A DNA stretch of 64,000 nt, from contig NC_043002.1 in NCBI RefSeq assembly GCF_006345805.1, positions 102,114,001 through 102,178,000 of the forward strand. Reading direction: 5' to 3'. Source of the DNA: Octopus sinensis (taxonomy: Eukaryota). How positions within the stretch are numbered: position 1 is the first letter of the stretch; each line of letters opens with the position of its first letter. The notes under the pieces were generated by a model. It was not told where the DNA came from and did not search any database. It saw nothing but the letters and a program-made list of their open reading frames with translations. The position numbers were made by a program, and so were the translations under genes. This document shows positions 25,906-42,031 of the stretch, one piece after another.

Positions 25906-26379
25906 TAATAATAAGAAGAATGATAATAATCACTCCCTTCCACATGTCATAATGGTTCATTAATTATTTTAAATAATTCATTAATTTTTCTGTGAAAAAT
26001 TTAATTACCTATCTTCTTAGTCATTTTCATTATTTTTAATCAGTCTAAAAGCTATTTATGAGTTCTCTTGCAGATTGATGACTACTTACCATTGTAGTTT
26101 CCTTCGTAACAAGGACAGTGTTGCAATTATTCAGTCTTGGTTCATTTACTCATATCGAAATTAACCCCGCCGCCCCATTTACATGTGAATCGTTGATTAA
26201 TATTGATGTTACACTGCCATGACCGGATTCAGCCAACGAAATGATTGCTTTGTTCCCTCACCTTGAATTTTAGAACAACAGTAGTAGTTTTAGTAGACAC
26301 ACACACACACACACACACACAATTAAGGGTAGGCATTTGAAAGTAGTATTAGATTAAAACATCCAAACATTATCATGGT

Positions 26380-26620
26380 TAATATGTATGCGCTTTTGGC
26401 AGGAATCTTCTGCTGCATTGAAATCAGATATCTGCTATGGACGCGCTGTATTTGAAGCAAGATATATATGAGATGCAGACAAAACTTTGTCCCAACAGTG
26501 ACTAGCGAGAACGCCAGATGCTCAGGTGCATTTTGGCTAAGATGGGCTTGGATAATGGCGTGTACTCCCACCCATGGTCAACGAGATATATTGCTTCCGA
26601 TATAGCAAACAGTGAATATA
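26380..26620 (+). mobile_element. Possible DIRS/tyrosine-recombinase retroelement remnant
   Basis: VTSENAR/LRCILAKMGLDNGVYS..STRYIAS resembles the RWxKxxLxxAGIDxxxFxxHSTRxAxxS region of DIRS recombinases; frameshifted. Confidence 0.35.
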
Positions 26621-28386
26621 AAATTTACTTTTATTGCGAGTATCTGCCCAGCGGAAATAAGAGTTTGGCGTATTCTGTTGATTTAGTATCAAATTCAGAG
26701 CGGCCTCTATTTATCATATTTAATACTTATCCAACTTTGATAGGAAAATTACTGCTGCGTTAACCAATTATCAGAGTGCCGCATAGGGTGTTGCGTGATA
26801 TTCCTTCCACATCTGCGTAATGAGTTCAAATCACGAAGATTTTAACATAGCATTTTATCATTTTGCCACTGATGAATAAAGTACGAATCAAGCATTAATC
26901 GACTATCCTTCACTGACCCCTCTTAAACGGGATGGTGCCCTAACGCCCCAGTGTGAAGATGAGGGCCATTTCAACTTTTCCTCGCACACACATAAACGTG
27001 TATATGAAAGAGAATGTATAAGTATTAATAGCTACGTGTATGAGAAAGAGGAGGAAGCTTTATTGATAATGAGAGAAACAGAATTGGTGCAACGTGAGAA
27101 ACATGGTCGAATGGAAGTCAGCGTTCTTGTACGTAAATACATATGAGGATTTTATCACATGCAATATTAATGATTGAATCATTACTGTAAATGTGATAAA
27201 TGTTTCTGTGTACACAGAAAACAGCAACGATATCCCATATGAATATTGAGTTGTATCAACCGATTCACGCTTACAATGGTTACAGCAAAATATTTACGTA
27301 AAACAATACTCTGGAAAAATCAAGTATACACATACACAGAATTATATTACTTACAAAAACTAATTATACACACTAACACAGACTCACATACTCACATTCT
27401 CAGAAACACTCGCACACACACATATATGTAGAAAATTTCTATCTATATAACTTCTCTCTATATCTATCTATCTCTCACTCTCTCTTTATCTATCTATATA
27501 TCTCTGTGTGTGCATGTACTATAAATGATGTAAACCATGAAATAAATGCATTGCCATATAATCCACTGCGTGTATTATATATACCCCCCGCATATATAAA
27601 CATAATCACGCACACACACACATATATAGATATGCACGTACATACATAGACACATATGTATATGAGTGTATATATATATATATATATACATATATATGTA
27701 AATAAATGCATGTATGTGTATATGTGAAGACATGCATACACATATGTAATATATGAGTATATATGCTGTTCACCTATAAGCATATATCTACCTATATATA
27801 TGTGAAGATACGCACTGTTATGTAGGACAAACATAAATCTGAGGTAGACAGACATTGGTGCACCAAATGTCTATATACACGCATGATTAAACTTGTATAT
27901 ATATAATTAGAGTTGATAGCATTTGTAAAGAATGGAGAGTAATGAATACCAATGTTGGGAATTACAAAAAAAGGGGCGGGGGAATTCATTTGCGAGCCAT
28001 GATGTAACAAATATTCATTGAACTGGTGTATGATTTTGGCACCGGGAATATTTGCATACTCATACAAAACACACGGACACTTATATAGCTATGAATATAA
28101 TATGACTCGTATGTCAATGATCAGATACGTACGTGTTTATGTATATATCCCTGCTTGTATGTGTGTGTATGTATATATGTGCTGTGTGTGTTTGTGTGAT
28201 TTTCATAAATCGGGGATAATTCGAGAATGGCTGGTTTAGCTCTACTCATAACACTTATAAATATTTTAAACTCGCCTATATTCTCCTTCGTATTTCAGTA
28301 ATGTGAAAGATAGGCATACATATACAAAGGCACGCACTCAGACAAACATACACGTATGCGTACATGTATATGTATACACATCCCCC

Positions 28387-28468
<82 letters not shown>

Positions 28469-28514
28469 CATACACTCAGATACACACACACAGGCACTCA
28501 CACATAACCTACAT

Positions 28515-28547
<33 letters not shown>

Positions 28548-31007
28548 GATACACGTATATATCTTAGTAACCCAGGCGGTAAACGTTAAATTATCTAAGC
28601 GAAATATATACTTATTGAGATCGTACAATTGTACAAGCCGAACACTAGTGGCGGATGCTATGACTTACGTCTATAAGAACAAAACAGAGATAAATAATCT
28701 TCAAATGGAGCGATTCTGTAGTTCATTTCAAAGCAGTTACTCATTGTTCGAAGCGTGATAATACCCACTCGGTAACAATTCCTTCGAATTCTCCCTATGT
28801 CACATCCGTTCTTTGATCTCCTGAAATCTGTTTTTCTCAGCGCTCTCTTATCAACACTTGCAATTCAGTGGACGGCGAAATGTACTCCTTGCATCTCGTA
28901 AGTCCTTATTAACAGTTCGGTAAAATGTCGCTGACGAACAGCACACACCGGAATATGCCAGCGGACAACATGTACCAATGCACCGGCATTCGCTTCGTTA
29001 TTGTAGGTTGCGTTATTGGATACACCATGGTTTTTTTACTCTATCCGTTGCGAAAGTTGTCAATAACACGTGTGCTGAGACGATTTACTATGAGTCTCTT
29101 CTAATCAAAAAGATATCTTCTTTTCTAATTTGTTGTTCTGTATTCTTACATCATTACTGGAGCTACTAGAATATATGAATACGTTGTTTTTATTGAATTC
29201 ATCACATGTTGCTACTAAGGGCATCTCTCGCATCCCGTTTCACAAGTTCGTTAATATGTTCTATGTAATCTACAATTGCCAAGAAACATAACTTCAGTTT
29301 CCATTACCAAATTCGTAGACCTCGACCCGGGTTTAAGCTAACTGCGCATGTACCATCTGATATCCAAATTGCCAACGACAAGGCAACAGAAGCAACTTTG
29401 TGCTAAAGGGAAAATTGATAAGAGTAAAATGTTAAGTGCTAAAACGAAGAACCATCCATCAACGAAATTGTTGCTTCGTAAAACTTTGCTTGTGACATTA
29501 ATACTATTTTTAAAAATCTCGACGCGCTTGAGGAACTAAAGAAAATATGGAATTCAATCAATAATTTCTATTAGGTGAAATAATTCGTTCGATAATCCTC
29601 GATGACATTGTTCTTTAAATCAAAGACAATTTTGCTGTTAATTTTAATGTTAATCTTATTGAAAGCAGTTTGTTTCTTCCACATTTCCTAATACTTATCC
29701 TTCTGTCTCTACTATCCATTCAGGAAAATAGGAGGGTCACGCAAAGGTTTTAGCAATTCCAGTGTAATACAGATAATAAATTAAGTTACTATTTTCTCTC
29801 CATATTTATCTTTGTGCCAGATGTTATGCCAATGGAATTATTCTCATCGTTAGAATCGAAAAATAATGAAGGCAACATTGCTGTAATGTTATTTAAACAA
29901 GCAGAATGACATAACGAGAAAGAAATGTGCAAGTCCTTTAATCAAAATAACAAGACAAAGAGACCACTTACAATGAATGGAATCAGAACTGAATATTTAG
30001 AAGCTAGAAAGCTCACCCCGACTACAGATAATAACACTGCAGTGCTTTACTAAATCTCGTGACAGAACAATGAAGTGATTCAACCATAGATGTTATTCAT
30101 ATTAAATGATTGAGATATTAAAAATCGAAAGTAACCCTTTACGCACGTAGATGATATATAAAGATCAATATTTGAAGAAAGAAATAAGAAAACAACAAAT
30201 AAGGCACAAAAATTAAATGACTCTCCTCAGACACAACAGAATGTGCTTCAACACACGAACTCATATAAAGAATCTTGCAAACCAAATCCAAAAACGAAAT
30301 ATAACAAAGAAATAAACCTAATACAGTGAACGATTTAATAGAAATCACGTTAATATTAATCAAGGGAGTTAACTCTGCCAAAGACAAGTAGAATGGTTGG
30401 ATGGGGAGGAAATTAGTCGATTACATCGACCTCTTGTTTTTATGGGAAGCGACACGATGGGAATCAATGAAGGTCTCCACGAGATTTGAATTCAGTAAAT
30501 AGGGAAATACTGCAACGCTGTTTGAGTGCCGCTTTGATCCTTCTGGCAGCTCTCTCGCCTGAAGTGATTCATAAATTAGACACAGGTAAACAGCATTGAA
30601 GAGCATACGTTTGACGAGAACATCGAATTCACTTCTTCACTGATCTTCCATTTTTTATCATTACCGGACAACTGTGCGGCAAAGCTAACCTTAGCGGGAT
30701 TTGATCATAGAAGTTAAAAACCTGGAAGAAATACCGCATCTCTAACGATTCATTTCGCAATAATAATTATCGTATATTAATGATCATTAATTATTATCCT
30801 AGCACTCTCATAAAATATTTGTTCACCTTTGGCATTTCCATCTATATTTTCCTTTATATAATTCATTTTTTTTAGAAATGAATCTATTGATGTATTTTTC
30901 AAACAGAAATAAAAATAAATGTAATAAGAATGATTTGTAAATATTTTACGGCATTCTCACTTGTCAGTTGCTATCTTTACTCATTTTTACACATTTCTAA
31001 GATAAAT

Positions 31008-31041
<34 letters not shown>

Positions 31042-31846
31042 TGTGTGTGTTTGTGTATATGTAAGGAAATGTTAGATGTATTTCTAAAATCACGAAAAAA
31101 TTCGCAGTAATAATAATAATAAGGAAATTAATTTATACTTCAACTTATTAAAATATTTAATCTGTTCTTTGATGTCAATTATTTTATTGGAATGTTTGCT
31201 CTGTTTTTCTCACCCGGTTATAATATATATTTATATGTAGTTCCAATGTTAATTGCAGGTTTTAATTCATTAGTTTAATGTTAATACTAAAATGTTTCCT
31301 TTCGAATTTAATTTAAAAAAAAAAACCAAAAAGCAGTTTGTTTTAATATTGATTTGACTGCTGTTGTTGCTTCTGCTGATCATAATGTTACTGTTTGCGC
31401 TCATTTAATTTATTATTATATTTTGTTAGTTGTAAATAATTATTTTTTTAATTATTTAATTAGTCATATTTGTTTTACGGTAATGTTTATTTCTAATTTT
31501 CTCCTTCTCGATCCTCTTTCGTTTCTGTTTCTCTCATTATTTTATTATTTCCGCTATTAATTTATACTTCTTGATGTAATTGTGGAGCAAGAGTTCTTAT
31601 TAATAGCAATAATATTACTTTTTTCAATTTTAATCATTATAATTACCATCAAAAGTTCAGTGCATGATAAAATTCTATGCACTGTAATTAATTCGTATTT
31701 TAAAAAAAGTTTTCAGTTCAAATCTTGCTGGAGTCGTTTTTAACTTCTAAAACTTCAAAGTCATCAAAATAGGTACCAGTCATTTATTGGATTGTTTTTA
31801 TACAATTCAATCCAACCCTTTTTTTATGACTCATCGAAATTGTTGA

Positions 31847-31880
<34 letters not shown>

Positions 31881-31982
31881 TGTTTTATCATTATTTTAAT
31901 AATAAAGAGCATATTACACTATCTCCGTTATTCGGGTACTATTTTTTTGCAGTTGTGTGTTTACTCGTGTATGTATATTTCA

Positions 31983-32016
<34 letters not shown>

Positions 32017-33286
32017 CATGCGTATTTATATATGTTTGCACGTTTGTGTTTCATGCGAGTATTCGAGCGAGGACTACATTTTCCGTATGTGCTTCTAGAA
32101 AACTCCTTTGACAAGTTATTTGTCATTCCCACGCTATGGTTGAAAATTTTCCAAAATGCCGCTGTTTACTCGAACCTTTGTCCTCGTAGTTTCATAGCAA
32201 ACTCTTCGACCATAACAACGACCATCTATAGAAGACATTAATTACACCAGAACTCTGATATTCATACACGCGATTTTGCTATTCAAAACATAATGTGGCA
32301 CGTTTCCCTCTTTATTTTACGCGTTTGTCCTAATGTTGCAAAGAATATTTCCGGTACCATACATTAGAAATTCTTTATATATTTTAGTTATAAGACTTTC
32401 AATTCAAATACCGTTACAAATGAATTTCAGTTGCACTAACAACTCCATGATTTATACTTAAACTTCGAACATGCAAATATTTCTCCCGATGTACATAATT
32501 GCAACAACACGTTATATGTACTGAGCGCTTTCCTTCTATGTAGCATATTATTTTATTAAACTACGTTTTCTGATGCAGATGATGAAGGAGCGTAAAGTTA
32601 TATTCGACTTACTGAATTCATTAAAAACTCAGTATCACGCAACATATGTACGCATTCACTCACCCCAAAATACGCTTTATTACTAGATTGTTCACACAGA
32701 AACGCATGCACATGCCACACACATGCATATACACAGACGCACGCAAGCATATACAACTGGAAAATATCGCTTAATCTCTGATAGTTCCTGCTCCGCTCTA
32801 CAATATGTTTTTTAATAGAAAAAGTGATAATTTCTCTTTGCAAATTGTAAAATTCTATTTTCAATCTTTTGCATTCTTCAACAAAAGACCTCAACTAGTT
32901 AGGCTCTGTAGACAGAGCCATCAATGAGTCTTAAAAATTGTCTGTAGCTAACAGTCTGGGAAAGTGTTCCCCACAGAAGTAAGTTGCCATAATGTAACTA
33001 AGAATCTAACATTGCATAAACATTATATATTTATCAACACAGTAGATATTTAACCCTGATCTGTAAGATTTTGCACATGATTTTCAAGAAATTAAGATTT
33101 ATACACGTGAATTATTGTCACGTGATACTGCACATTTGCCATGAATAATTGAAGAGAACGCGCATTTTCTGACTGACTCTTCTACATAACAATTGTAATG
33201 GTGAAACCTAAAGCATGTTCCTCAAATCTATCTATCTGTCTGTCTGTCTCGCGCTCTCTGTTTCTCTCTCTCTCTTTATATATATA

Positions 33287-33669
33287 CTAGCAGTATCACC
33301 CGGTGTTGCTTGGGTTTGTGTCGACACTTTAGAATTGGAATTTTTGAAAAGTAAACATTTTGCCTTATGCAACTTGTTATTCTCTTTAAGTGAACATTTT
33401 CACAGTTGAAATACACCGAAAAATGGTGACACAGCAGTCAAAAATCTTTAAAAAATAGGGATCTTCTTAGAAAAAAAGCACCTTTTTGATGTAAATAATT
33501 TTTGGTGTTAGCATGGTCCGATTTGAATTTTATCTCCTACAGAATGAAGAGCAAGCCATCGTCTATCATACTCTCAATTTTGGTCAGCTTGCGCTGCAGG
33601 GTCTCGAAGGAGATAGTGTTAGTTGAAGGCTACCAAACCTGCCACACACTTCAGCTTTATATATATAGA
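33287..33669 (-). mobile_element. Non-autonomous Helitron
   Basis: Reverse strand begins A^TCTATATAT and ends in an imperfect GC hairpin (cccaagcaacaccggg) plus CTAG^T; no TSD. Confidence 0.75.
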
Positions 33670-34350
33670 TTTGCTACACACTACTTTCCATCCTTAATAA
33701 TGAAACTTGGTAGATCCAAAAGTTAAACACACACACAAGTTGAGTTTTATATAGAGAGATTTCTCAACGGGGATTTCAGAGGAGAGTTTCAGGGAGTCGC
33801 TGGCGATGTATAGTGATGATCAAAAATCCGGCCTGCTAAAATTTGATTAAAGTGATTCAAACTGCAGACTCAACGCAAAATGGTCAAATTTAATTCAAAA
33901 CGTTAAAAATGTTATGAAAACAATTGGTATGTCTTCACAAAGTCCAAACGATTAATACGAATAAACCCTCCAGGCTACATCACGAAAATTATTTTCTTTG
34001 CCGAATTTCTACAATGTTTACGGCGATTCGTTTTTATATCTTGATTTTTTATTTTTCCTGCAATTTACGCATGCTTGCACGCGTGGTGAACACAGTTCAC
34101 GTCAAACAGCTGACTGAGTAAAGTTCACTATTCAATGCATGGGATAAGGCCTAAACAAACACATTATCAAATTTTGCACTTGCGAGATGAATTTCGGAAC
34201 AGAAATAGCGCAGTTCAATTTTCATTCGCCTATACTTTAAGTGACCCATTTTTGATGGTTCTACGATTTGTTGGCTAGGAGATGTGCCGGGATGTTAAAC
34301 ACACAGATACACACACAAACACACAAGTTGAGTTTTATATATATATAGAT
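33670..34350 (-). mobile_element. Two further related Helitron-like 5' termini
   Basis: ttaaacacac..acacaagttgagttttatata..gat occurs twice (ending 33760 and 34350), shaped like the adjacent Helitron 5' end; no CTAG 3' ends found. Confidence 0.5.
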
Positions 34351-36179
34351 ATTCGCATACATATGAACATACGCACGCAATGTATATACACACACACATT
34401 TCCTCTGTATAAAAGGTATCGCCAAAATATATAATTACTACGAATAAAGAATTGTCGAGGGAATGAGAGTGGATATTCTCCGAACAATATATTAAGAGAT
34501 AAATGAGCATCTCTAGGATCACATGAAGGGATGAGCAACTTGAAGAGTGGTCTAAATGCATTATATATATATATATATGGAAAAAAAAGAGCTACCAAAA
34601 TATTTCTCATTTCTAGATAATAGAATATTTAGCGATGGTCGAGATTAGAGATGTTATTAGAAAGTTGATTATAAATAGTACGAGTAAATGGAAAATCTGA
34701 TGGAGTTATAATCGTGAAGCTACAAAGAGGGTCGAGATGAATAGAAAATTCAGTTAAGGGAATAGATTGTTCGTTTTGCTTTTTGCGATAACAATGATAC
34801 ACTTAACATTGCCTCTAATAATAGTAAAAGAGGGAACTATTATTAAATGTAGGCAACATGAAATAAGATTCTATTTCTGAATGACTTTAAAACGCTCTCT
34901 TAGATTGAAGATAAAATAGAATTATTAATTCAAGTTTTGATCCTTTTATTTGTTCCTCTTCCAGTTTTCTGTAGCAGCTAAATCGTTTTTAAATCGGGTC
35001 TTTTTATGTTCGAAAATGAAGGACGTTTTGTATGGTAGAACCAGATATAAGATTTAGATCGGGGCTGATTTGGAGCAAAATGACAAGTGAAACAAGAATC
35101 CTTAGACTTCGAGATATTGTTATGTGATAAGCAGGCTACAAAACCTGTTAAGTTTTAATAAAATCATTTCGTATACATGGTACGATGTATGAAATTCATA
35201 AGAATGGATTTCAGTATATTACTGCTGGTCAAAACTAATCATTCCATTATGGCACCACAATACGAATTAAAACGCAGTTAGACATCATAGATGCTTAAAG
35301 TTATAATCAACATGGATGGATATTCCACCAGTGGCTAAATGGATCTTGCCCCAGCAGTAGATAAAATTTGTCAAAGATAATTGCGGCATTCAATCGTCTC
35401 TTAGTTAATATAACACACTCCAGCTAAGCAATATTAAAATCTAGACAACTGCCATATAACGATTACTGCGTATCACAACTAGTTTGTTTCAACAATGAGG
35501 ACACTCAGCAAACTTTCATGTTGGCACAAACTCGCTCAATTTGTATCAGTTCTATAGCTAAACGAAATCAACCCCGACAGGATTTGAACTTATAATGTAC
35601 GATTACCCAAATACATTTATAACAGATTTGTTTCGATTCCCGACTGATTCTGCCATCGTATGCACATATAATACTAATTTCTGACATAGTCGGCTGGCCT
35701 AATGAGTAACGGAGAATTATAATAAATTGTATAAACCCAAGAAACTTTCAGTAATAATTCATTTATCGACTGTTTTGGTTTTTTGTTTTTGTATATAAGA
35801 TGAAAAGCGATAGGGGACACGATCTGCTATAATTACTAGGTTAGACACAAGAAGATCAGAAATGTGTGAATTCATTGAAATAAAGAATGTCACTTGTCTC
35901 AGCAAAGAAAAATTATATCATCTCCTTTTCACTATAAGAGCGGTAATTGAAATAAAAAAAAACGCTTACAATTATAAATATATTTATAATCTGATATCAT
36001 TTCGCTGAAATAAATAAATTGTATCTGAGATTTCCCTTTCCTTAAGAAGTTTCTTTCGAATGAATCTAGAATACTGCTCCCGTCCTGCAAATAAGCATAA
36101 AGTTTTAGTTAATCAATTATATTTTACGTGTAGTATCTAGTATATCACCTCTTATTTAACCAAATTGAAGCCTTTTAGG

Positions 36180-36580
36180 GGCAGGCGTGACTGTGTGCTA
36201 AGAAGCTGCTTTCCCAATCACATGGTTCCAAGTTTAGTTTGTCTGTGTGTAGAAGCATTCTTTACTTTAACTTTGGGCTGCTCAAAGCCCTGTGAGTGGA
36301 TTAAATAATGAAATTGAAAGAATCCTGTCGTGTGTGTTTGTATGCGTGTCTGTGTGTATGTGTGTCTGTGTGTGTACCTTTCTGCATGAGTTCGTCCAAC
36401 TTCGCATAAAAATCGAAGCCGGTATGTTCACATAATTTATCGGCTTGGCCAAAGAAACCGCGAAAATAAGTTCCTAGCTTTAAGAAAATTCATACTGAGA
36501 TAGATTCCTTCCATTACAAATTCTTCACGGTGATGCCTCAGCATGGCAACACTGACTGGAACAATTACAGATAAAAATCA
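36180..36580 (+). mobile_element. Decayed SINE family 3 copy
   Basis: Colinear with the reverse complement of 42421-42821 (head, aaagccctgtgagtggat, (TG)n, tail gcctcagcatggcaac). Confidence 0.65.
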
Positions 36581-36614
36581 AAAGATAAAACACTTGACCC
36601 AATTTCATGTATAC

Positions 36615-36754
36615 TTTTAGGTCATTCAAATTTTCAATAACTTTCAAATGTCGAGATTCTTCACGCTGTCTTACAAACTGAGTTCGAATCAAATTAATAA
36701 TGATCTTGTCGGTCTCCTGGGGCATGTGAATGAACTGAGAAGAACCTTCTCAAC
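36615..36754 (-). CDS. Candidate internal exon of an unidentified host gene
   Basis: Acceptor ttttttgcag|; open frame LEGSSQFIHMPQETDKIIINLIRTQFVRQREESRHLKVIENLNDLK; donors possible at ttt|gtaaga or aaa|gtatac. Confidence 0.3.
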
Positions 36755-37989
36755 TCTGCAAAAAATTAATAAACAAGAATATTGCTTGAAAACGTGATGG
36801 TCCTGGATGGAATAATAATGACCAAGTTCTGATCAATTATGGCAGATGTAGGTTGAAATGGCAGCCAAAAAGAAAAAAAAACACACAGCAAAAAAAGAAC
36901 AGGAACATTGGCAGAAGTAGCAGAAAACAAAATAGAAAAAAAAACGGCAACGAAAATAACAATAACACCAATATTATTTCATGCCTATTTTGCAATTTCC
37001 GAGAATTATTTAATGCTTTAGTGCAAGGCTCTAGAATAAAATTGAAACTGATTTCTCTTTTGATGTTGAATAATTTCAAGGTGGAGCCATTCAGTCGACT
37101 GGATCAATTCCCTTTCAATTGATCATGTTTGAAGTGATATTTCAAATGTGATCGATCACTTGGTAAATATATTCGGCTTTCCTCAGTGCATCCAGTGTAG
37201 GTCAGCCCCAGTGGAGCCAATCAGTTTCTAAGCTAAACTCCGGGGAAACAAAATAATCGATATTATTACAAAATAGTATAATACAAAATGAGAAAAACTG
37301 TAAAAATCTGTAAAAAGTTACAAACGAAGAATTTTGCTGCTGGAAAGTGAAATATTTTGAAAGCAAAACGATAGCAATTCTTGTTTCTAGATTCTGGTTA
37401 ATTCTCGTAAGAGAACACTGCTTCAATTCACCGGGGGAGAAATAAGTGAGCTTATACGCAATTACACGGTATGCTAGAAATAACTGCCACATCTCCATTA
37501 AATTACCCCCAACCTCCCAACTGCATATAAAACAACGTTGCGACATCTTGCATTAGTTAATTATGCTCGGCGTTCAAATCATATCAAGGTTAACTTTAAG
37601 ATTAATGTTATTGCTGCATTTCTTGGTCACACTTTTCTCGGAACATGTATATATATAATCTTTTATATTGCACTGGTCGTATCCAGAGTATGGGGTCATG
37701 GAGGAGCACTGCTTTTCATAGCGTTTGGCTCTCTCATTCAGCTTGTTGGTTAAATAGTTGGATGAAGCTGCTCTTCTTTCTGTCACCTGTCGTGATGTGA
37801 GCTTGCAGACCGCTATCTCAACACTCGGAAATGTCCGCTTGTTTAGCACTACGCCTAACAGCTGTTACAGTATTGGGGCTTTATTCGAGATGGAGAAGAC
37901 AAGAACATTGGTACTATGCATTGCCGTCCAGTTCGGTGGTCAGTACACCTTCCAATTCCAAAAAGTGTGAGCTAGTCCTTGAAGGGTTA

Positions 37990-38616
<627 letters not shown>

Positions 38617-38620
<4 letters not shown>

Positions 38621-39590
38621 ACCACTGCACATCTTTCACGCCTCCTCCTTTGGGAATAGAGTTTCAATTCCTTTAGCCTCTCCCTGTAGCTCATGTAGCT
38701 CAATTCTGGCCACCGGTTTGGCTCTCTAGAGTGGCCACATTTGGAAGCAGGAATCCAGACAAGTGAGGTCGAAAGTTTTTTCCATAGGAGTAACTTTTTC
38801 TTCTGGTTCTGATGATCTCTGAATCCACCGACCCATTTCTCACCTGCTGAATGTTGCCATCTTGGTAATGGCCATAAAATGTGTTGCATCATTACTCATG
38901 TGGATTCCCAAATCCCGGAGAGACTCTAACTTCACGACCACCTTGACCTGTGTACTTTAATTGTATTCTGCTGATAACAGAATCCGTGAAACTTCTCACC
39001 ATTGAACTGCATATTTTATTCACCAGCCAATTTATAAATTGCATACAAGTCGTTTTGCAGTTTTAGTATGTCATCAGGGTTTTTAACTACCTGATATGTT
39101 TTTTATCGTAAGTGCAGCTGGTGAGAATAGTTGATTGTATGACAGAGGGCGTGTCTGAGAGAAACAGCACAAACAATAGTACAGTACAGTACCTTGAGGG
39201 ACTCCTCTGCATATTGATATCTCCCAGAGAGAACATTGGCTACATCTATCTGACTGCTACCTAGTCATGCCGCCAAACTTCTAGTGATACCAAGATCATG
39301 AAGTTTATGACATATCACCCCATCCTTAATTTTGTTAAAGGCCTTGGCAAAGTAGAGAAATATTACACTCACATTTGAGTTGTTAAGTAGCTGTCTCTGT
39401 ACGTAGCCAAAATCCTGTTGTAGTTGTGTGAGGCAGCTCTTCCCAAGGCTGAAACTATGTCGTGTTTTGTGAGCAAGTGATTTTCTTCCAGGGACATAAA
39501 CTTCCGTTTGACAATGCAATCTATGACTTTGCTATGATACGATGTCTGGTATATAGGCCTGTCATTTTATAGCATGTTCTGCTTCAGTGA
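38617..39590 (-). mobile_element. CR1/L2-like LINE reverse-transcriptase remnant
   Basis: VIFLYFAKAFNKI..LHDLGI, PQGTVL, LQNDLYAIYK, and SYRERLKELKLYSQRRRRER, the typical C-terminal motif of jockey-group RT. Confidence 0.75.
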
Positions 39591-39639
39591 CCGACGCAAA
39601 TTTTAAGAAAGTGTATAGAGTGGAGTGTGAGAGTCACAC

Positions 39640-39970
39640 ACAAGTGTATGAGAGGTTCAGCCGTTTCCAAGATGGCCGAAAAAAATGTCGGAAACATCGA
39701 ACATTCTAGGAGAAACGCAGCCAGAAAAACTGTGTAAAACATCGCAGCTGTGCATGCAGCTGTGAGGGGAAATCGTTATATTACCAGCTTGCGTTATAAG
39801 ATGATGTGCAGATTAGTTACGGTTCACTTCAGTCCATTATCACTGAAGATTTGGGTATGAGACGCGTGTCTGCCACGTTTGAGCCCAAACTGCTTCAAAC
39901 TGACCAAAAGGACACTTAGGTTTCAGATTTACAAGATCTTGATTGTGCCGAGAACGATGGAAACTTTTAA
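39640..39970 (+). mobile_element. Mariner transposase remnant (helix-turn-helix region)
   Basis: VYERFSRFQDGR.. and ISYGSLQSIITEDLGMRRVSATFEPKLLQTDQK match the mariner LGxRKxxARWVPxxL linker region. Confidence 0.7.
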
Positions 39971-40616
39971 AATATTTACAGGTATCTGAGCAGGTATCGC
40001 CAAGTATCAATTTGGGGAAGATTCTCTGCTCAAATTTGCCTGTCATGAAGAATCACACGCTACACACATTCCTGTCAAACACTGCTGTAGACAAGGAGAG
40101 CTGATCTAGAACGTCAAAACTTAGTGTGCGTGCACAACGGTGTTCAAGATCTAGCTGTGCCGAACGGCTTCCCCCTGCTTTTTTTAGACTCCTTACTATG
40201 GCAACAGTCTGGATACTTATTGATCAAACTACGTATAACTTCTTTCAGTTGAAACCCAATTGAGGCATCAACATTGAATATCGTGTTGTAACACAAACGC
40301 ATTTTCTATACGTTACAACAAATATAGGACTATCTTGCGTTAAGATGACAGGCGATGTTCTGAGGGCCTATTGGCTACTAAAGCAGATGAAGGAATTATA
40401 CAGACATTTCCACGTTGGTTCGATCTGAGTCTCTTCGGTGTTGTACGGATGTGTATCAATATGTGTAGAAATCAAACACGCACATATTCACGGGTAGGTT
40501 TGCATACGTGTGGGACTTCTGTGCGTTGTGTAAAGGAAAGCATGGTTATATATACATATATACTCATACATATGCACACATTTATATAAATATTCATATA
40601 AATGTAAAAACGTATG

Positions 40617-40724
<108 letters not shown>

Positions 40725-40913
40725 CATACGTGTGTGTATATGTGTGTGTATTTATGTGTTTGATTTCGGGTGAAATATCTTACTATCTGCGACTGTGCCA
40801 AGCAAACTTTTCAGTATCGACAAACAAGTTCAACAATCTCTTTGCAATGAATCAGGAATAAAAATATAAATAACAACAACACCACCACCACCACCACCAC
40901 CAACAACAACAAC

Positions 40914-40944
<31 letters not shown>

Positions 40945-41984
40945 TGAAATAGAAGGAAAAGAAGAAAGAACATGACTTGCAAGCCCAACCCAATTATTAG
41001 CTTCGTAGCATCAATCACACCAACCACAATCACAACCACCACCACCACCACCACTACAACAACAACAACAACAACAAACAAAACACACAGAACGAAACCA
41101 ATCTCTACGACTACAAGTAACACATGATAGAATGGAAGATATCACATAGTCTGTTTTAACAGTCTGGACGATAAATCAATGCGAGGCATGCTATATTTGG
41201 ATACAATTTAGACGCCACAGACAACCATAATATAGCAAAGTGCATACAAGAAGATTATATCTTTATAGAAAAATATTGCGTTTATTTATGTTACAACATT
41301 TCTGATATATAATTTCTAATGCCTGTTATTTCCCTCTTCTTTTACTCTCTGCCTTCAAATCAACAATTCGACTTGCACAGTTAGCATGCTTCTTAACCAC
41401 CATTTCCTATTATCTTTTAGATTTACCTATGTCTTAGTTTGTGTCTTTCTCTGTAGAAATGTATACTAACTATGACTGTATATGTGTATGCTGATGCGTG
41501 TGTATATTTCTGCATGCATGTGTATACGTATTTACACACACACACACACATACACACACACACATACATGTATATACGCATTCATATGTGTGTGTACTTG
41601 CGGGTGGAAGGGAGTATGGGAATGTGTACGTATGTGATGTGTATCTTATATATAGTTGAGGGCCAGTTTCCTATATTTTGTGGGATGAAAAGTTCTAGTT
41701 TGTTATATAGAGACCGCTTCTTAACGGACGTTATAACAACGATAGGTTATATCAACGTCTCTCCATACTACACACACACACACGCTCACACTTACGCACA
41801 CACACGCGGTCACTTATTCCACACGAAATATATAACTTTAAAAGGTGAGACTCTAAGAAGAGAAAGCAAGCGATAATGCCGTGTAAAATAGAACCGTTGG
41901 GCCTTCGTAAAAAGTAAAGTGTGCATATATATCAATACATGTATATTTATACGTATGTATACATATTATGTATATATATATATA

Positions 41985-42026
<42 letters not shown>

Positions 42027-42031
<5 letters not shown>

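Noticed and set aside
29345-29535. Exon candidate open on both strands
   Set aside because: Short, no recognisable motif, and the strand cannot be decided.
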